A stretch of 64,000 nucleotides of DNA from IMG/VR virus record IMGVR_UViG_3300042935_001404, one strand, 5' to 3'. Positions 56,201 through 63,077 of the stretch are shown in pieces (position 1 is the stretch's first letter; every line of letters starts with the position of its first letter). The position numbers were made by a program, and so were the translations under genes. The stretch comes from a virus. Taxonomy: Duplodnaviria; Caudoviricetes. A model generated the notes under the pieces. The model worked only from the letters and a program-made list of their open reading frames with translations, had not been told where the DNA came from and ran no database searches.

Positions 56201-58788
56201 ATGATAGATATCAGTATGTGTCTACCATTCAAGAATGGCAACCAAATGTAAATTATGACGATGGCACACAAGTTAGATATGTGGACCGTGTGTGGCAAGC
56301 AAACAGTCCAGACAGCACAGGTGTACAAACTGCTACATTTGATCCTCTAGACTGGATACTGGTAAATGCTGGCACATTGTCCGGCGTTGACCGTACTATG
56401 GGTTTCTACACTCCTACTGTTAATCAACCCGGATTGAGTTTGCCATTGCTGATTGACGGAGTTGAATATCCAGGCGTTCAGGTATTTGGTGTTGGTTACG
56501 ATCAATATCCCGGATTTGACGTGGCACCGTATGACTCAACACCGTTTGACAACTTGACATATGGTCCAGAAGGTCGTCCAACATTTGATCAGACCATACT
56601 GGATACTATTTTTGAAAGTCCCTACACAGATCCTTACCTGGGAACACGGCCCACCAGTATCAACATTGAAGGCGGTGAATACATTGATGTGTTCAGCAGT
56701 TATGCGCCAGAAGAACTGGTGCCTGGCAGTGAATTTGATACTCTTGATATACGTGTTTACACCACACCTGGGGCTGATTGGGCACGTGATGGGCACGGCT
56801 TCCGCGCAGAAGTGCGCAAGTTTACTGTTACGTCTAGCGGCCAAACTTTAAGTTTTGCCGACATTGCTCCTGTCCCTGCAACAATGTTAGTTGTAAATCA
56901 AACAACAGGACTTGACTTGATCATTGGCACAGATTACACAGCAAACTGGGCAGAACAAACTATCACGTTGGATTCCGGTGTGGTAGTTGGCAGCGAAATA
57001 GTAATCACAATGTATTCAATTGGTGGCGGCAATCAACTGTTCAAACAGTCATTTAATGGCGCAGAAGTTGGTAGTTCAGTTGTTGTACCAGTGAAATACT
57101 CGTTGATTACTCAATTTGTAATTTTTGCCAATGGTGTGTTGACCACAGACTATACATTTGTGCCTTACAGCACCACCAGCACCGAAGTGGTGTTTACCAC
57201 ACCGTACACCATCAACGATTACTTGATGATCAGTGCCATTGGACCAACAACAATTGACGACACCGAAATTGACTACAGTTGGTCCGTGCCTGTCACACAG
57301 TATATTACAGGGGTGTCAGGTGTGTTAGAGTACGACTTGACCAACAGCATGGAGTACACTAACCCAGACAATTTAGTTGTTACTTTTAACGGTATCCGTG
57401 CTAGAACGTCTGCAGGCATTGAATACCTGGCTGATGGCACAACAGACTACCTGTTACCAACACGACTGGGTTTTTCACAATCACTTATTGCAGACAACGA
57501 AGTTCGCGTGTATGTAAATAATATTCCGCAAGTGTTGGGCGTAGACTTCACAGTTGAGCCTTATGATCCTATCACTCCACGTGCAGTGATGTTTACTACA
57601 CCATTGACATTGGGTGAAAAGATTTTAATTTGTGTCACAACAAACACACAAGTGTCAGTTGTTGGCACCCAATTATTATTCAATACATATACTGGAATGA
57701 TACCATCCAATGGAGATATCATTGCAGTAACAAGTTGGAATGATACTCGTCAACAAGACATACTAACACAAGTTTACGTTGGTCCAGTAACTGGATCTGC
57801 ATTATTTGCGGAGCCCTACGACACTACTGATTATGATGTTGGACTTGTAACTGACGCAGCCGGATCTTATGACTATTCAGCAGTGCAAAGTGTCACACGC
57901 AATGATTTATATCTGAATAGAACAATTCTCAATCCTGATCGCCTGTGGGTGACACTGAATGGTCTTCAGATATTTGTCAACGATGGATTTACCATTGTCA
58001 ACAACACAATAGTATTGGCCAATGGCTATGTTATGTCCGCCACAGACGTTGTGATGATCACTGAGTTTACCAACAGCGTTGCGCCCGAAGCTATGGCATT
58101 CCGTATATTCCAAGACATGCGTGGGGTCCAGGCCACGTACCGTATCACACCTGCTACAACAACGTATCTGGTCCAACCACTCAGCACCACCGACGACGTC
58201 ATATATGTACACAATGCGGCTGCACTGAATCAACCAAATTTGGCAGCAAATATATGGGGATTACTGACTATCAATGGTGAACGTATCATGTACCGTAACC
58301 GTGACACTGCGGCCAACACAGTGAGTGGACTGCGACGCGGCACTGCTGGTACAGGCGTTGCTAGTCATGCAGTTGACACGGATGTGTATAATATCAGTCG
58401 TGGCAACTTGTTGCCACCTCAGTTCCAAGATTACCTTGTAAGTAATCTTGACAACGACATTTTGTTGTATCCAATACTGGGCAACGGAACAAATACTGTA
58501 TTTGTGGCCGAGCATGTAGATGTGTCTAATTTGGATGACAGTACCACCATAGAAGAAGCAGTGGAAGTTTACGTGGGCGGTATACGACAATACGGCGGAT
58601 ATGCTGTGATAGATCCAGGCCCAATGTGTACAGTAGAATTTGATACAGCGCCACCAGAAGGTGTACAAGTTACTATTTTGGTACGCAGAGGCGTATCTTG
58701 GTATGCACCTGGAATCAATACACCAAGTAATGGTGTGGCATTGCAAGATACTGAAACACAGGCCGCAAGGTTTTTACGTGGTGAATAA
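44263..58788 (+). CDS. Giant 4841-aa baseplate/fibre-network protein (gp7-like position)
   Basis: Follows gp6. Contains TLxRGxTYxF modules, FG-GAP-like G.S.A...VGAP propeller repeats, many NG..Q/L....DYT modules and NTGSGYT.APT motifs. Confidence 0.75.
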   Translation: MAKVRTVDFLPEIFQTSTNKQFLAATLDQLVQEPQFKKTQGYVGRRVGPGVNADDKYVVEPTRSRTDYQLEPGVVFRKTDSTVIKDAVTYPGITDALGTQGAFVDQSERLYTSEYYTWDPQINWDKFVNYSQYYWLPDGPLSVDVGGTAVPLTADYTVTRENGVYTFSNYTGSNPTITLLRNGNYTFTVAQNATETVNYRVTAATTSAYIIDYLPNPPLTLVRGNTYVFNLNLGVVSPFWIKTSPSQGRIDQYNTGVSRNGANTGNITFTVPQDAPDTLYYASETQFNMQGVLTIVDGTPGTGPGFWIQAEPGVEGVLPYAPNISSRDVLGVTNNGEDLGVVTFNVPESTAQSFYYGLTSIGSVDLATNLLFDQINNVFLSEFFAANPTGIDGTTNLNGRTLVFLNTTTGDDGWEVVSPFDPLPASGIGTGSYDSTAFAQAIPLTQPDRYSVWQITYVTSSGGQQYIQLNPVLPVAELEKFTIAFGNQYSNTGWYKDASGYFEEIPLLTAIKDTLYYQDGTDPGIFGQIRLLDQTNATTTYINDIIGKPNYTSSNGVVFTNGLKVQFRGSTIPAEYENQEYYVEGVGTAIKLLPVGDFITPEPYTQNALIPFDSLRYDEGNYDASLNAPLIPEYLTIGRASPDLNPWTRSNRWFHIDVINASATYNNTTPILSNSQSAKRPIIEFNAGTRLYDFGTQGKLPVNIVDFTITDALSTINGSLGYGIDGYEFVNGTRVIFAADTDSEVRNKIYVVNFITPDTVPPLIAQPIIDLVPADDSTVLVDQTVVTLSGLTTQGTSYYYDGITWLRAQQKTATNQAPLFNVYDSAGISFSDRAKYPSSTFAGSKLFSYATGQGAVDTVLGLPLRYLSINNIGDIVFDNNFYTDQFTYAIQNTAQTINISDGYSYQYVDRVIYERELGWQVAATPSLIRQQFQFAYDGSPLRFNINIPENTVVPAIQLYVANKYILPAEYTVTRTAATTTIILNNIYTPGSIIEVQVLSNDLSDNGFYQVPINLANNPFNVNSPYFTLGTIRTHYESIARNLIDFTGDINGPNNTRDLGNIGRYGTTILEQSAPLTLAGFFMRSSEYNIFKSLEFNDREYTKFKNRLLENAIRNEWGNLTTSEILDSVVTDLNIGKTNINSFYYSDMLPSGNVYTDTVYTVTPITVGIFDTLQTHSFTSANFLGLLVYLNDTLLTLNYDYTVATDGPTLTVTVPLTVGDVVTIREYADTAGNYVPNTPTKMGLYQAFKPEVFLDENYVNPTVVIRGHDGSITTAFGDMRDDILLEFERRIFNNLKTEGNPVPIPPEEVIPGYFRTTDYTQAEITTILGESFLTWVGQNKLDYKTQQYIANNPFTYNYSQAGDKEKDLPLLGAWRGISRYFYDTLSPNYTPWEMLGFSQQPAWWETRYGPAPYTQDNLVLWDDIQAGIVADPDGYYIKPDFVRPNLSTYFIPTGTEGQLLSPLDSVVGQYDPNAFRKSWVVGDGGPVEAAWWTSSSYPFAVMRLLALTRPAKFFSLFADRDLYKYSTEFEQYLYNGRYRLDANGVEVYGGNVDISTGVVTPVSKASYINWIVDYNQQLGINSTQALEEALANLDVRLCWRTGSFTDKEYLKIYTERSSPNSLNSSLLLPDESYDLMLYKNSPFASVAYSAVIVQLTDAGYAVFGYSTTDPYFDIYASRTSGELQTISAGGSTVRVPRQYTNDIVQVPYGFVFTNQSSVVDFLLSYGQYLTTQGLVFDTRENGYTLDWKQMASEFLYWANQGWAVDSLINLNPAALQLTAERPGAVVDSISVQNPENMLLDQNRTPFDARNLVIERLENRFTINGTNNQAISYVKLQFVSYEDIVILNNVSIFADLIYNPPTGARQTRVYVSAITTTEWNGTLNAQGFVLNRDNVKEWAPNIKYAKGEIVLYKNLYWSAQDIIQPKREFAYSDWVKSDYTKIQKGLLPNIANKADQLENSYNTQTANLEADNDLLSFGLIGFQPRDYMVALNLDDTSQVNLYQQFIGTKGTILSAEIFTGANLAKEIADYQIYENWAVLRGTYGANANRSYVELRLNEALLQSDPATVQIIEPGESSLANQTVLLNDVWRESYKLTSPDFLTTTTTQITDTALPSAGYVNINDVDITVFSLDDPSTIAANLDTIGNGTKIWVAKTNSYDWNIYRATQVPGRITRVTDNLDGTSLVAFTQVHKLSLGDILIVRFFNDAFNGVYRVLTTPTPTTLTVAYTFPNGNQTTITGSGIGFYLDTMRVAQASDIGTLSFANDLIPGAMAWVDNNGSGLWEVLEKQNVFAAGYALEPSNLVLDSGYGTSIAQAYENIAALVGAPLYDGGVGAIYPYLRGQGNLYEASPLMQLGTADTVGYGSALAIGYQDWAIVGAPQSYSGVGYVAILYRAPASNTFLQTQLLIAPDYLASAGSFGSSVAISRDERWAYVGAPAQDAVYAYGRVDLEIQEVTYIGDSVTTSFNYSNNLVFDLAHPAQITVLLNNSIQQYGVDYDLSATSVIFNTAPLQDLPIVITRNMLSQLDAETYYNVEQDSTDGSGILATFTVERVRGDYEVTITGPGVFYQIGDTLTIDAATIGGGTSPANDLVITITAIEGSGAITGFTYSGSGVSNTSVFDLSTTLYTATNLNSFSVRVNGVLQRPYIDYTFAGTTLTFVTLPAAGTKIEVETGSYFAYVETMTGPAGSGFGTSVATATDGQQIVIGAPTDVNNALINGSTYVYDRSVARYQVGVGETAVTTFALPAGFNTPVSVTLNNAFLTDADQILGGQFTVSGSDVILEDNVTLAVGDIIEVESNIFQLVQKITINKPFDQASFGSSVDLCSNNCSIYVGAPTDGTVLPGAGSVQRSVNQSRVYGVISSLIPNPVLTGGDTLRIDNYEIVIPNSPNNTVAGVVDAINTANEGVGIPNVRASAPGDLFFVGDGVVKTYDIGVTYSQYTTYNPLVYVDTVVQILNVDYTYNNSTGIISFITAPAEQSSIRVVQGILTLNVINLAAVLSNTRLTVLPGVVGTAFADFGFVDYVYTQTITSPAPTIDAYFGDEVVIDTTATTLVVGAPRGNLYQPVTFDNNTTYFDDRSTVFSTVVVQSGVTYTFDYLPSATDSATNPGQFVFGQQMYDDSIIELDQYGTAISYVTGRLLIGSPGSDFGDSSNANYGRVSVFENADRTPAWTVKHIQQPVVDIALLNSVYLYDKLESTITSYLDFIDPLQGKILGVARENIDYIGAVDPANYNIGPIRNVGNPWAAARIGEIWWDTNSVRFIDPNQDDIVYASRRWSQIFPGSSVDIYQWIESDVTPANYAGPGTPLSVLSYTARSELNTDNIFATRYYFWVRNISTVVTTANKKLSINAIANYIANPRASGIAYLAPLNASTVAIYNVIGLISAQDTILHVEYDRIKNDDNVHQEYELIADGVADSFLSASLYLKLQDSLSGINAIGSQVPDPSLSPAERYGVEFRPRQSMFVDRFAALKNYFGYANRILANYPISETKSFTLLNSKDPEPTTIQVYYAGTFNTGNTYTISYVGTTDFTAIGAASNTIGVSFVATGSGEGSGTATFVNWNLRVADLTELGYQNLSIVPIGYRYLVTADSSNFGFWTIYDVTAGPLVGSKELRLVRVQNYDTSRYWSYINWYTPGYNSTLNPVATVKNYAELAEITFNTAPVGASVKVTNAPAGKFEIYQRTLTSWDRVGLEDGTIELSAELWNYALGNFGFDVEVFDAQYFDQEPVIETRKIVQAINQQLFIDELAINRNRSLILMFEFIMSEFSAPAWLLKTSLIDVNHRIRSLIPYQAYRQDNQDFVLNYIQEVKPYHTQIREFNLQYIGDDEYPGAVTDFDNPAFFDETLTVPQFIAPVLLPYTQSTANSPTNPDADTASNAEIWTETPWTNWYNNYTLTVQSVVITNTGSGYTVAPTITVTGDATTPAEMTAVVNSAGQVVSIDIVNYGSGYITTPIITFVGGNGSGAAAAVVMGNDLVRQIKTTMKYDRYQYVSTIQEWQPNVNYDDGTQVRYVDRVWQANSPDSTGVQTATFDPLDWILVNAGTLSGVDRTMGFYTPTVNQPGLSLPLLIDGVEYPGVQVFGVGYDQYPGFDVAPYDSTPFDNLTYGPEGRPTFDQTILDTIFESPYTDPYLGTRPTSINIEGGEYIDVFSSYAPEELVPGSEFDTLDIRVYTTPGADWARDGHGFRAEVRKFTVTSSGQTLSFADIAPVPATMLVVNQTTGLDLIIGTDYTANWAEQTITLDSGVVVGSEIVITMYSIGGGNQLFKQSFNGAEVGSSVVVPVKYSLITQFVIFANGVLTTDYTFVPYSTTSTEVVFTTPYTINDYLMISAIGPTTIDDTEIDYSWSVPVTQYITGVSGVLEYDLTNSMEYTNPDNLVVTFNGIRARTSAGIEYLADGTTDYLLPTRLGFSQSLIADNEVRVYVNNIPQVLGVDFTVEPYDPITPRAVMFTTPLTLGEKILICVTTNTQVSVVGTQLLFNTYTGMIPSNGDIIAVTSWNDTRQQDILTQVYVGPVTGSALFAEPYDTTDYDVGLVTDAAGSYDYSAVQSVTRNDLYLNRTILNPDRLWVTLNGLQIFVNDGFTIVNNTIVLANGYVMSATDVVMITEFTNSVAPEAMAFRIFQDMRGVQATYRITPATTTYLVQPLSTTDDVIYVHNAAALNQPNLAANIWGLLTINGERIMYRNRDTAANTVSGLRRGTAGTGVASHAVDTDVYNISRGNLLPPQFQDYLVSNLDNDILLYPILGNGTNTVFVAEHVDVSNLDDSTTIEEAVEVYVGGIRQYGGYAVIDPGPMCTVEFDTAPPEGVQVTILVRRGVSWYAPGINTPSNGVALQDTETQAARFLRGE

Positions 58789-58794
58789 TCAAGG

Positions 58795-58800
58795 TAAATA
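58795..58800 (+). promoter_or_regulatory. Late promoter core TAAATA
   Basis: TAAATA-AAGC-ATG(58805). Confidence 0.6.
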
Positions 58801-58804
58801 AAGC

Positions 58805-58942
58805 ATGAATCAAAGTACACAACCTCAACAGCCAGTGGCACCGGCTAAGAAACCCAATGAAACAGGATCGATTTCTGTTGAAGGGCATATTCGTATTTTT
58901 GACCCAAAAACCAAGGAAGTCATAGTGGAGAAGCGAGCATGA
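58805..58942 (+). CDS. 45-aa ORF resembling the N-terminus of the next gene (not in ORF track)
   Basis: MNQSTQPQQPVAPAKKPNETGSISVEGHIRIFDPKTKEVIVEKRA*; ATGA overlap with 58939. Confidence 0.7.
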   Translation: MNQSTQPQQPVAPAKKPNETGSISVEGHIRIFDPKTKEVIVEKRA

Positions 58943-59559
58943 TAATTCAGCCCGGCCTGGCCAAAATTGAAGGATTTGTAAAAATCCATGACCCTGTTAC
59001 CGGCAAAGTATTGGTAGACAAAAAGAACGCAATTCATTACGAAAATATATCCTATGCCATGGCTCAAACGCTGAGCAATCGCACTAGTGCTCAGGGCGGC
59101 GGCTGGATATATTCCATGGCGTTTGGCAACGGTGGATCCAGTGTAGACCCCACAGGTATTATCACCTATTTGCCCCCTAACACAACAGGACAAAATGCCA
59201 CATTGTATAATGAAACTTATGCCAAAGTGGTAGATGATAATTCTGCAGCCAACACTGACAGTGCCAATAACAAAATGACAGTGTTGCACACATCTGGTAA
59301 AGTTTACACAGATATTTTAGTAACATGCCTGTTGGACTACGGCGAACCACCCGGTCAACAAGCATTTGATAACAGTACAAACTTCAACGGTGAGTACGTG
59401 TTTGACGAACTAGGACTTAAAACATGGAACGGAGCGGCAGATAATTTGCGTCTTATCACCCATGTAATATTTCATCCGGTACAAAAGAGTTTGAACAGAC
59501 AGATACAGATTGATTATACAATTCGTATCCAGACGCTGACAAACCTTAGTGCGGCATAA
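58939..59559 (+). CDS. Putative baseplate/fibre attachment protein (206 aa)
   Basis: MAFGNGG, LDYGEP, FDELGL, HVIFHPVQKSLNR..QIDYT.RI. Confidence 0.55.
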   Translation: MIIQPGLAKIEGFVKIHDPVTGKVLVDKKNAIHYENISYAMAQTLSNRTSAQGGGWIYSMAFGNGGSSVDPTGIITYLPPNTTGQNATLYNETYAKVVDDNSAANTDSANNKMTVLHTSGKVYTDILVTCLLDYGEPPGQQAFDNSTNFNGEYVFDELGLKTWNGAADNLRLITHVIFHPVQKSLNRQIQIDYTIRIQTLTNLSAA

Positions 59560-59579
59560 ATATAGATATATAATTGCAT

Positions 59580-59587
59580 TATAAATA
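59580..59587 (+). promoter_or_regulatory. Late promoter TATAAATA
   Basis: Full consensus; second TAAATA at 59557-59562; GGAG SD before ATG 59610. Confidence 0.7.
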
Positions 59588-59609
59588 CAATTAACGGAGT
59601 AAGATACAA

Positions 59610-60893
59610 ATGGCATATACAATCAATCTAACTGACGGTACCTTATTTGCTACTATTGCAGATGGTACCATTAACACTTCTAGTAACATGGTACTAGTTG
59701 GTAAAAATTACGCAGGTTACGGTGAATTTTTAGACGAGAACTTTATCCACTTGTTGGAAAATGCGTCTAACACAACTGCCCCAACTGCGCCGTTGACTGG
59801 TCAACTTTGGTGGGACAAAGCCAATGGATTGATGAAAGTATACAATGGTTCTGCGTTCAAAGTTGTTTCGGCCGCAACTGCATCATCCACTGCACCAACT
59901 GGCAACGTGCAAGGTGATCTGTGGTACGACACAGTAAATGCACAGTTAAAAGTATGGACAGGCACAGCCTGGTTGTTGGTTGGTCCGCAGTTTACAGCAG
60001 GCACAGGCACAACAGGTGCTATTGTTGGCACAATCACTGACAATACTTCTGTTAGTCACGTGGTAATTGAATTGTATGTGAACAACAGCATTGTGGGAAT
60101 TGTCAGTAAAGATGCCGCATTTACTCCACAAGTACCTCTTACAGGATTTACAACAGTACGCCCGGGTATTACATTAAGCACACTGGTAGGAGCGCAGGTT
60201 CCGTTGTTCCAAGGCACAGCAACAGATTCACAATTGCTCGACGGTATTGACTCAACTGGTTTCTTGCTAAGAAATCAAAATCAAACTACAACAGGCACGT
60301 TCGGTGTGTTAAACAACACTGGACTCACAGTTGGTGTAAATCAAGATTTCCGTATTGGTGTCACTGGAACAGCGGCAACAATTTATAATCAAACTACCAA
60401 TGGTAACATTGCATTTAATGTCAACATTGCAGGTACACCAACACAGGTAATGTTGATCAATGGTGCAACTGGTATTGTGTCAGGTGCAAACGGCATCTAT
60501 GCCAACTACGCCGACGTTGCTGAACGCTTTGCTGCTGATGAAGTGTTGACAGCAGGAACAGTGGTTGAACTAGGCGGCTCCAACGAAATTACCAGAGTTA
60601 CCGACGAATTAAGCGAAAGTGTGTTCGGAGTCATAAGTACACGAGCAGCCTATTTAATGAATGCCGTTGCTGGAACTGACGAAACTCACCCCCCTGTTGC
60701 GATGACAGGTCGCGTTCCGGTTAACACCATCGGTGTTGTACGCAAAGGAGATAGGCTAGTATCTGCAGGCAATGGACTTGCTCGAGCTGCCCAACCAGGC
60801 GAAGCTACAGCGTTTAATGTTATTGGCAGATCCTTAGACAACAAAGCATCCACTGAGCAAGGCACAGTAGAAGCAATTGTTAAGATTAATTAA
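59610..60893 (+). CDS. Tail fibre-like protein with a C-terminal intramolecular chaperone (Peptidase_G2-like) domain
   Basis: Two AP....G.LW.D....LKV..G modules; YADVAE, GTVV, GVIST, VAMTGRVPV, KGDRLV. Confidence 0.7.
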   Translation: MAYTINLTDGTLFATIADGTINTSSNMVLVGKNYAGYGEFLDENFIHLLENASNTTAPTAPLTGQLWWDKANGLMKVYNGSAFKVVSAATASSTAPTGNVQGDLWYDTVNAQLKVWTGTAWLLVGPQFTAGTGTTGAIVGTITDNTSVSHVVIELYVNNSIVGIVSKDAAFTPQVPLTGFTTVRPGITLSTLVGAQVPLFQGTATDSQLLDGIDSTGFLLRNQNQTTTGTFGVLNNTGLTVGVNQDFRIGVTGTAATIYNQTTNGNIAFNVNIAGTPTQVMLINGATGIVSGANGIYANYADVAERFAADEVLTAGTVVELGGSNEITRVTDELSESVFGVISTRAAYLMNAVAGTDETHPPVAMTGRVPVNTIGVVRKGDRLVSAGNGLARAAQPGEATAFNVIGRSLDNKASTEQGTVEAIVKIN

Positions 60894-60904
60894 TAGGATA
60901 AAAA

Positions 60905-61900
60905 ATGACATATACCGCAGGAAGTCTAATAGTAGCCACAGACTACAACGGATTCGTTAGCACCAACGGAGCAAACGTAAACGGAATTTGGTCCACTGGC
61001 GCTGCCACAGCCGGATACGGCGAAACAGCACTGAGCACAGTGAGCACTGGAGCCACTATTTCGGCCACTGAGTGGTCCACATTGAATAGTAAAGTTTCAG
61101 CAATGGCCAGCCATCAAGGCACTACCATCACCAGCAGAACAAACCCTGTTGTTGGTGACACCATTGCAATTTTAGCCAACATGAACACTGACATCACAAA
61201 CATTACTTCTGCACGTGGTAATGCCGCTGCTAGTGGCGCACAAACAACTACATTCTCTGGTACTACCAGCAAAACATCTAACACAGGTTCTGGATCTACT
61301 GCTTGGACAATTACTTTTACTCACACTATAACCTGGGCCAGTGCCAATGCTGCTCGTTATTTCTTCAACGCTGGCGGCCGTATCAAGTGGGAAACAAGCA
61401 AGACTTCAACAGGTAACTTGGCTGATGCTGAATGGAATGACTTGGCCAACACACTGGTTGGTGACATCTATATCACAGCCGGCAGTGTACTAAGCCCGCA
61501 AACAATTGCTGCCACCAGTTATACCGGCACTACAAAGGTAGGCGGAACTGGTACACCGGTTACATTAACTACCTCAACTGGCTGGTATAATTTACTAACA
61601 TCGGACACACTAATTTATAAACAATTTGCAGATACTGCTCCGTACACAGGACAGTTTATTGCAGTAAATGCCAAAACAGCAGGTTCTGGAACACAACTAG
61701 TATTGACCACAACCTGGGTTGATCCAGGCGGTTCTGGCACAGGTTCCAGCGACGTGATTACAGGCGGAACTGCAACTACATCACCATTCTCAGCATTTGG
61801 CACAGCACCTGCCACAGTGGTCACACTGTTTGTTCCAAGCTCAACTTACTTGACCAGCGCCGCTTGGGGAACACCAACTATTGCAGCCGCAGTTGCTTGA
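60905..61900 (+). CDS. Thr/Ser/Gly-rich virion protein (331 aa)
   Basis: ITATEW..L and ARYFFNAGG.I motifs; in fibre region. Confidence 0.6.
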   Translation: MTYTAGSLIVATDYNGFVSTNGANVNGIWSTGAATAGYGETALSTVSTGATISATEWSTLNSKVSAMASHQGTTITSRTNPVVGDTIAILANMNTDITNITSARGNAAASGAQTTTFSGTTSKTSNTGSGSTAWTITFTHTITWASANAARYFFNAGGRIKWETSKTSTGNLADAEWNDLANTLVGDIYITAGSVLSPQTIAATSYTGTTKVGGTGTPVTLTTSTGWYNLLTSDTLIYKQFADTAPYTGQFIAVNAKTAGSGTQLVLTTTWVDPGGSGTGSSDVITGGTATTSPFSAFGTAPATVVTLFVPSSTYLTSAAWGTPTIAAAVA

Positions 61901-61921
61901 TTGAACTGTAGCGGTTTACCA

Positions 61922-61941
61922 AAAGGGCCTCCGGGCCCTTT
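61922..61941 (+). terminator. Intrinsic terminator ending the structural operon
   Basis: AAAGGGCC-TCCG-GGCCCTTT followed by T-rich sequence. Confidence 0.8.
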
Positions 61942-61967
61942 ACTTTTATCTACATTTCCTGTATAAT
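61939..61967 (+). promoter_or_regulatory. sigma70-like promoter TTTACT-N17-TATAAT
   Basis: -35 at 61939-61944, TGn plus TATAAT at 61962-61967; ATG 7 nt downstream. Confidence 0.7.
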
Positions 61968-61974
61968 AAACAAT

Positions 61975-62283
61975 ATGAATACTGAACAATTGATTGCACA
62001 CGGTCGTGCCCGTTTTGATCACGTGGCCGCCCGACGACTGCTAAAAGAAAAATATCAAGCCCGAATGTTATTTGCTTATGCTGGTGGTATGTGGTGTGCC
62101 GGCCCGGAATTACATAATATGATATTCACTAGTGGCCGCATAGGTGAAATTGTACTGCCAGACTTGTACGAAAACCCAGTTAAAATTGATTCAAAAGAAT
62201 TAATGACATTGAGTCAACAACGTTGGCAAGAACAGATGAATGCCTGGTTGATCGAATACGAAGAACTTAACAAACAAAGATGA
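61975..62283 (+). CDS. Hypothetical protein (102 aa)
   Basis: ORF under the sigma70-like promoter, coupled to the next gene. Confidence 0.65.
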   Translation: MNTEQLIAHGRARFDHVAARRLLKEKYQARMLFAYAGGMWCAGPELHNMIFTSGRIGEIVLPDLYENPVKIDSKELMTLSQQRWQEQMNAWLIEYEELNKQR

Positions 62284-63077
62284 CCACTGGCGCACTAATA
62301 TTTGCATTTAACAACGAGCAAACTGATTATCTTTCTATGGCAGCATGGTCTGCCAAAAACATACACAGGCATCTTGGAATCCCTGTGGCTGTTGTAACTG
62401 ATTATGAAAACCCGCTAGGCGACTTTGATTATGTTATAAACGCCCAAGCACAAAGTGGTGGTCAACGTTATTTTTCAGATTATGATACCAATGTAACCTG
62501 GCACAATACCAATCGCATGGATGCGTACACATTAAGCCCCTGGAATCAAACACTTGTGTTAGACGCTGACTATGTTGTAGCAAGCAATCATCTGTCTAGT
62601 ATATTAAAAAGCCGTCAAGATTTCATGTGCTATCGCTGGGCTCGGGATGTAACAGGACTGCAAACTTTTGAAGATTTAAACTACTTTGGCAATCATCGCA
62701 TGCCCATGTGGTGGGCCACTGTAATGATGTTCCGTCGTAGTGCCAGCACAGAATTGTTATTTGACACAATGCAAATGGTACGAGACAACTGGACACACTA
62801 CAGGAACTTGTACAAGAATCCCGTTTCAACCTATAGAAATGATCACGCACTTAGCATTGCGTTAAATACTTTAAATGGACACACATTGTGTGTTGATGAG
62901 ATTCCAGGGACACTAGCAAGTCTTACCCCAGAACATCGCTTGACTCAACTTGATGCGGATTCTTACAGAGTAGACTTTTTGACACCCGACAAAAAAGCAC
63001 GATGGATTACACTAACACAAGATTTCCATGCCATGGGCAAACAACAACTAGGAGCCATCGTTGCCAATAGTCTCTGA
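62280..63077 (+). CDS. GT-A-fold (GT8-like) glycosyltransferase-like protein
   Basis: AFNN..DY..MA, TLVLDADY (DxD), WATVM.F, RND.ALSIA. Confidence 0.6.
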   Translation: MTTGALIFAFNNEQTDYLSMAAWSAKNIHRHLGIPVAVVTDYENPLGDFDYVINAQAQSGGQRYFSDYDTNVTWHNTNRMDAYTLSPWNQTLVLDADYVVASNHLSSILKSRQDFMCYRWARDVTGLQTFEDLNYFGNHRMPMWWATVMMFRRSASTELLFDTMQMVRDNWTHYRNLYKNPVSTYRNDHALSIALNTLNGHTLCVDEIPGTLASLTPEHRLTQLDADSYRVDFLTPDKKARWITLTQDFHAMGKQQLGAIVANSL

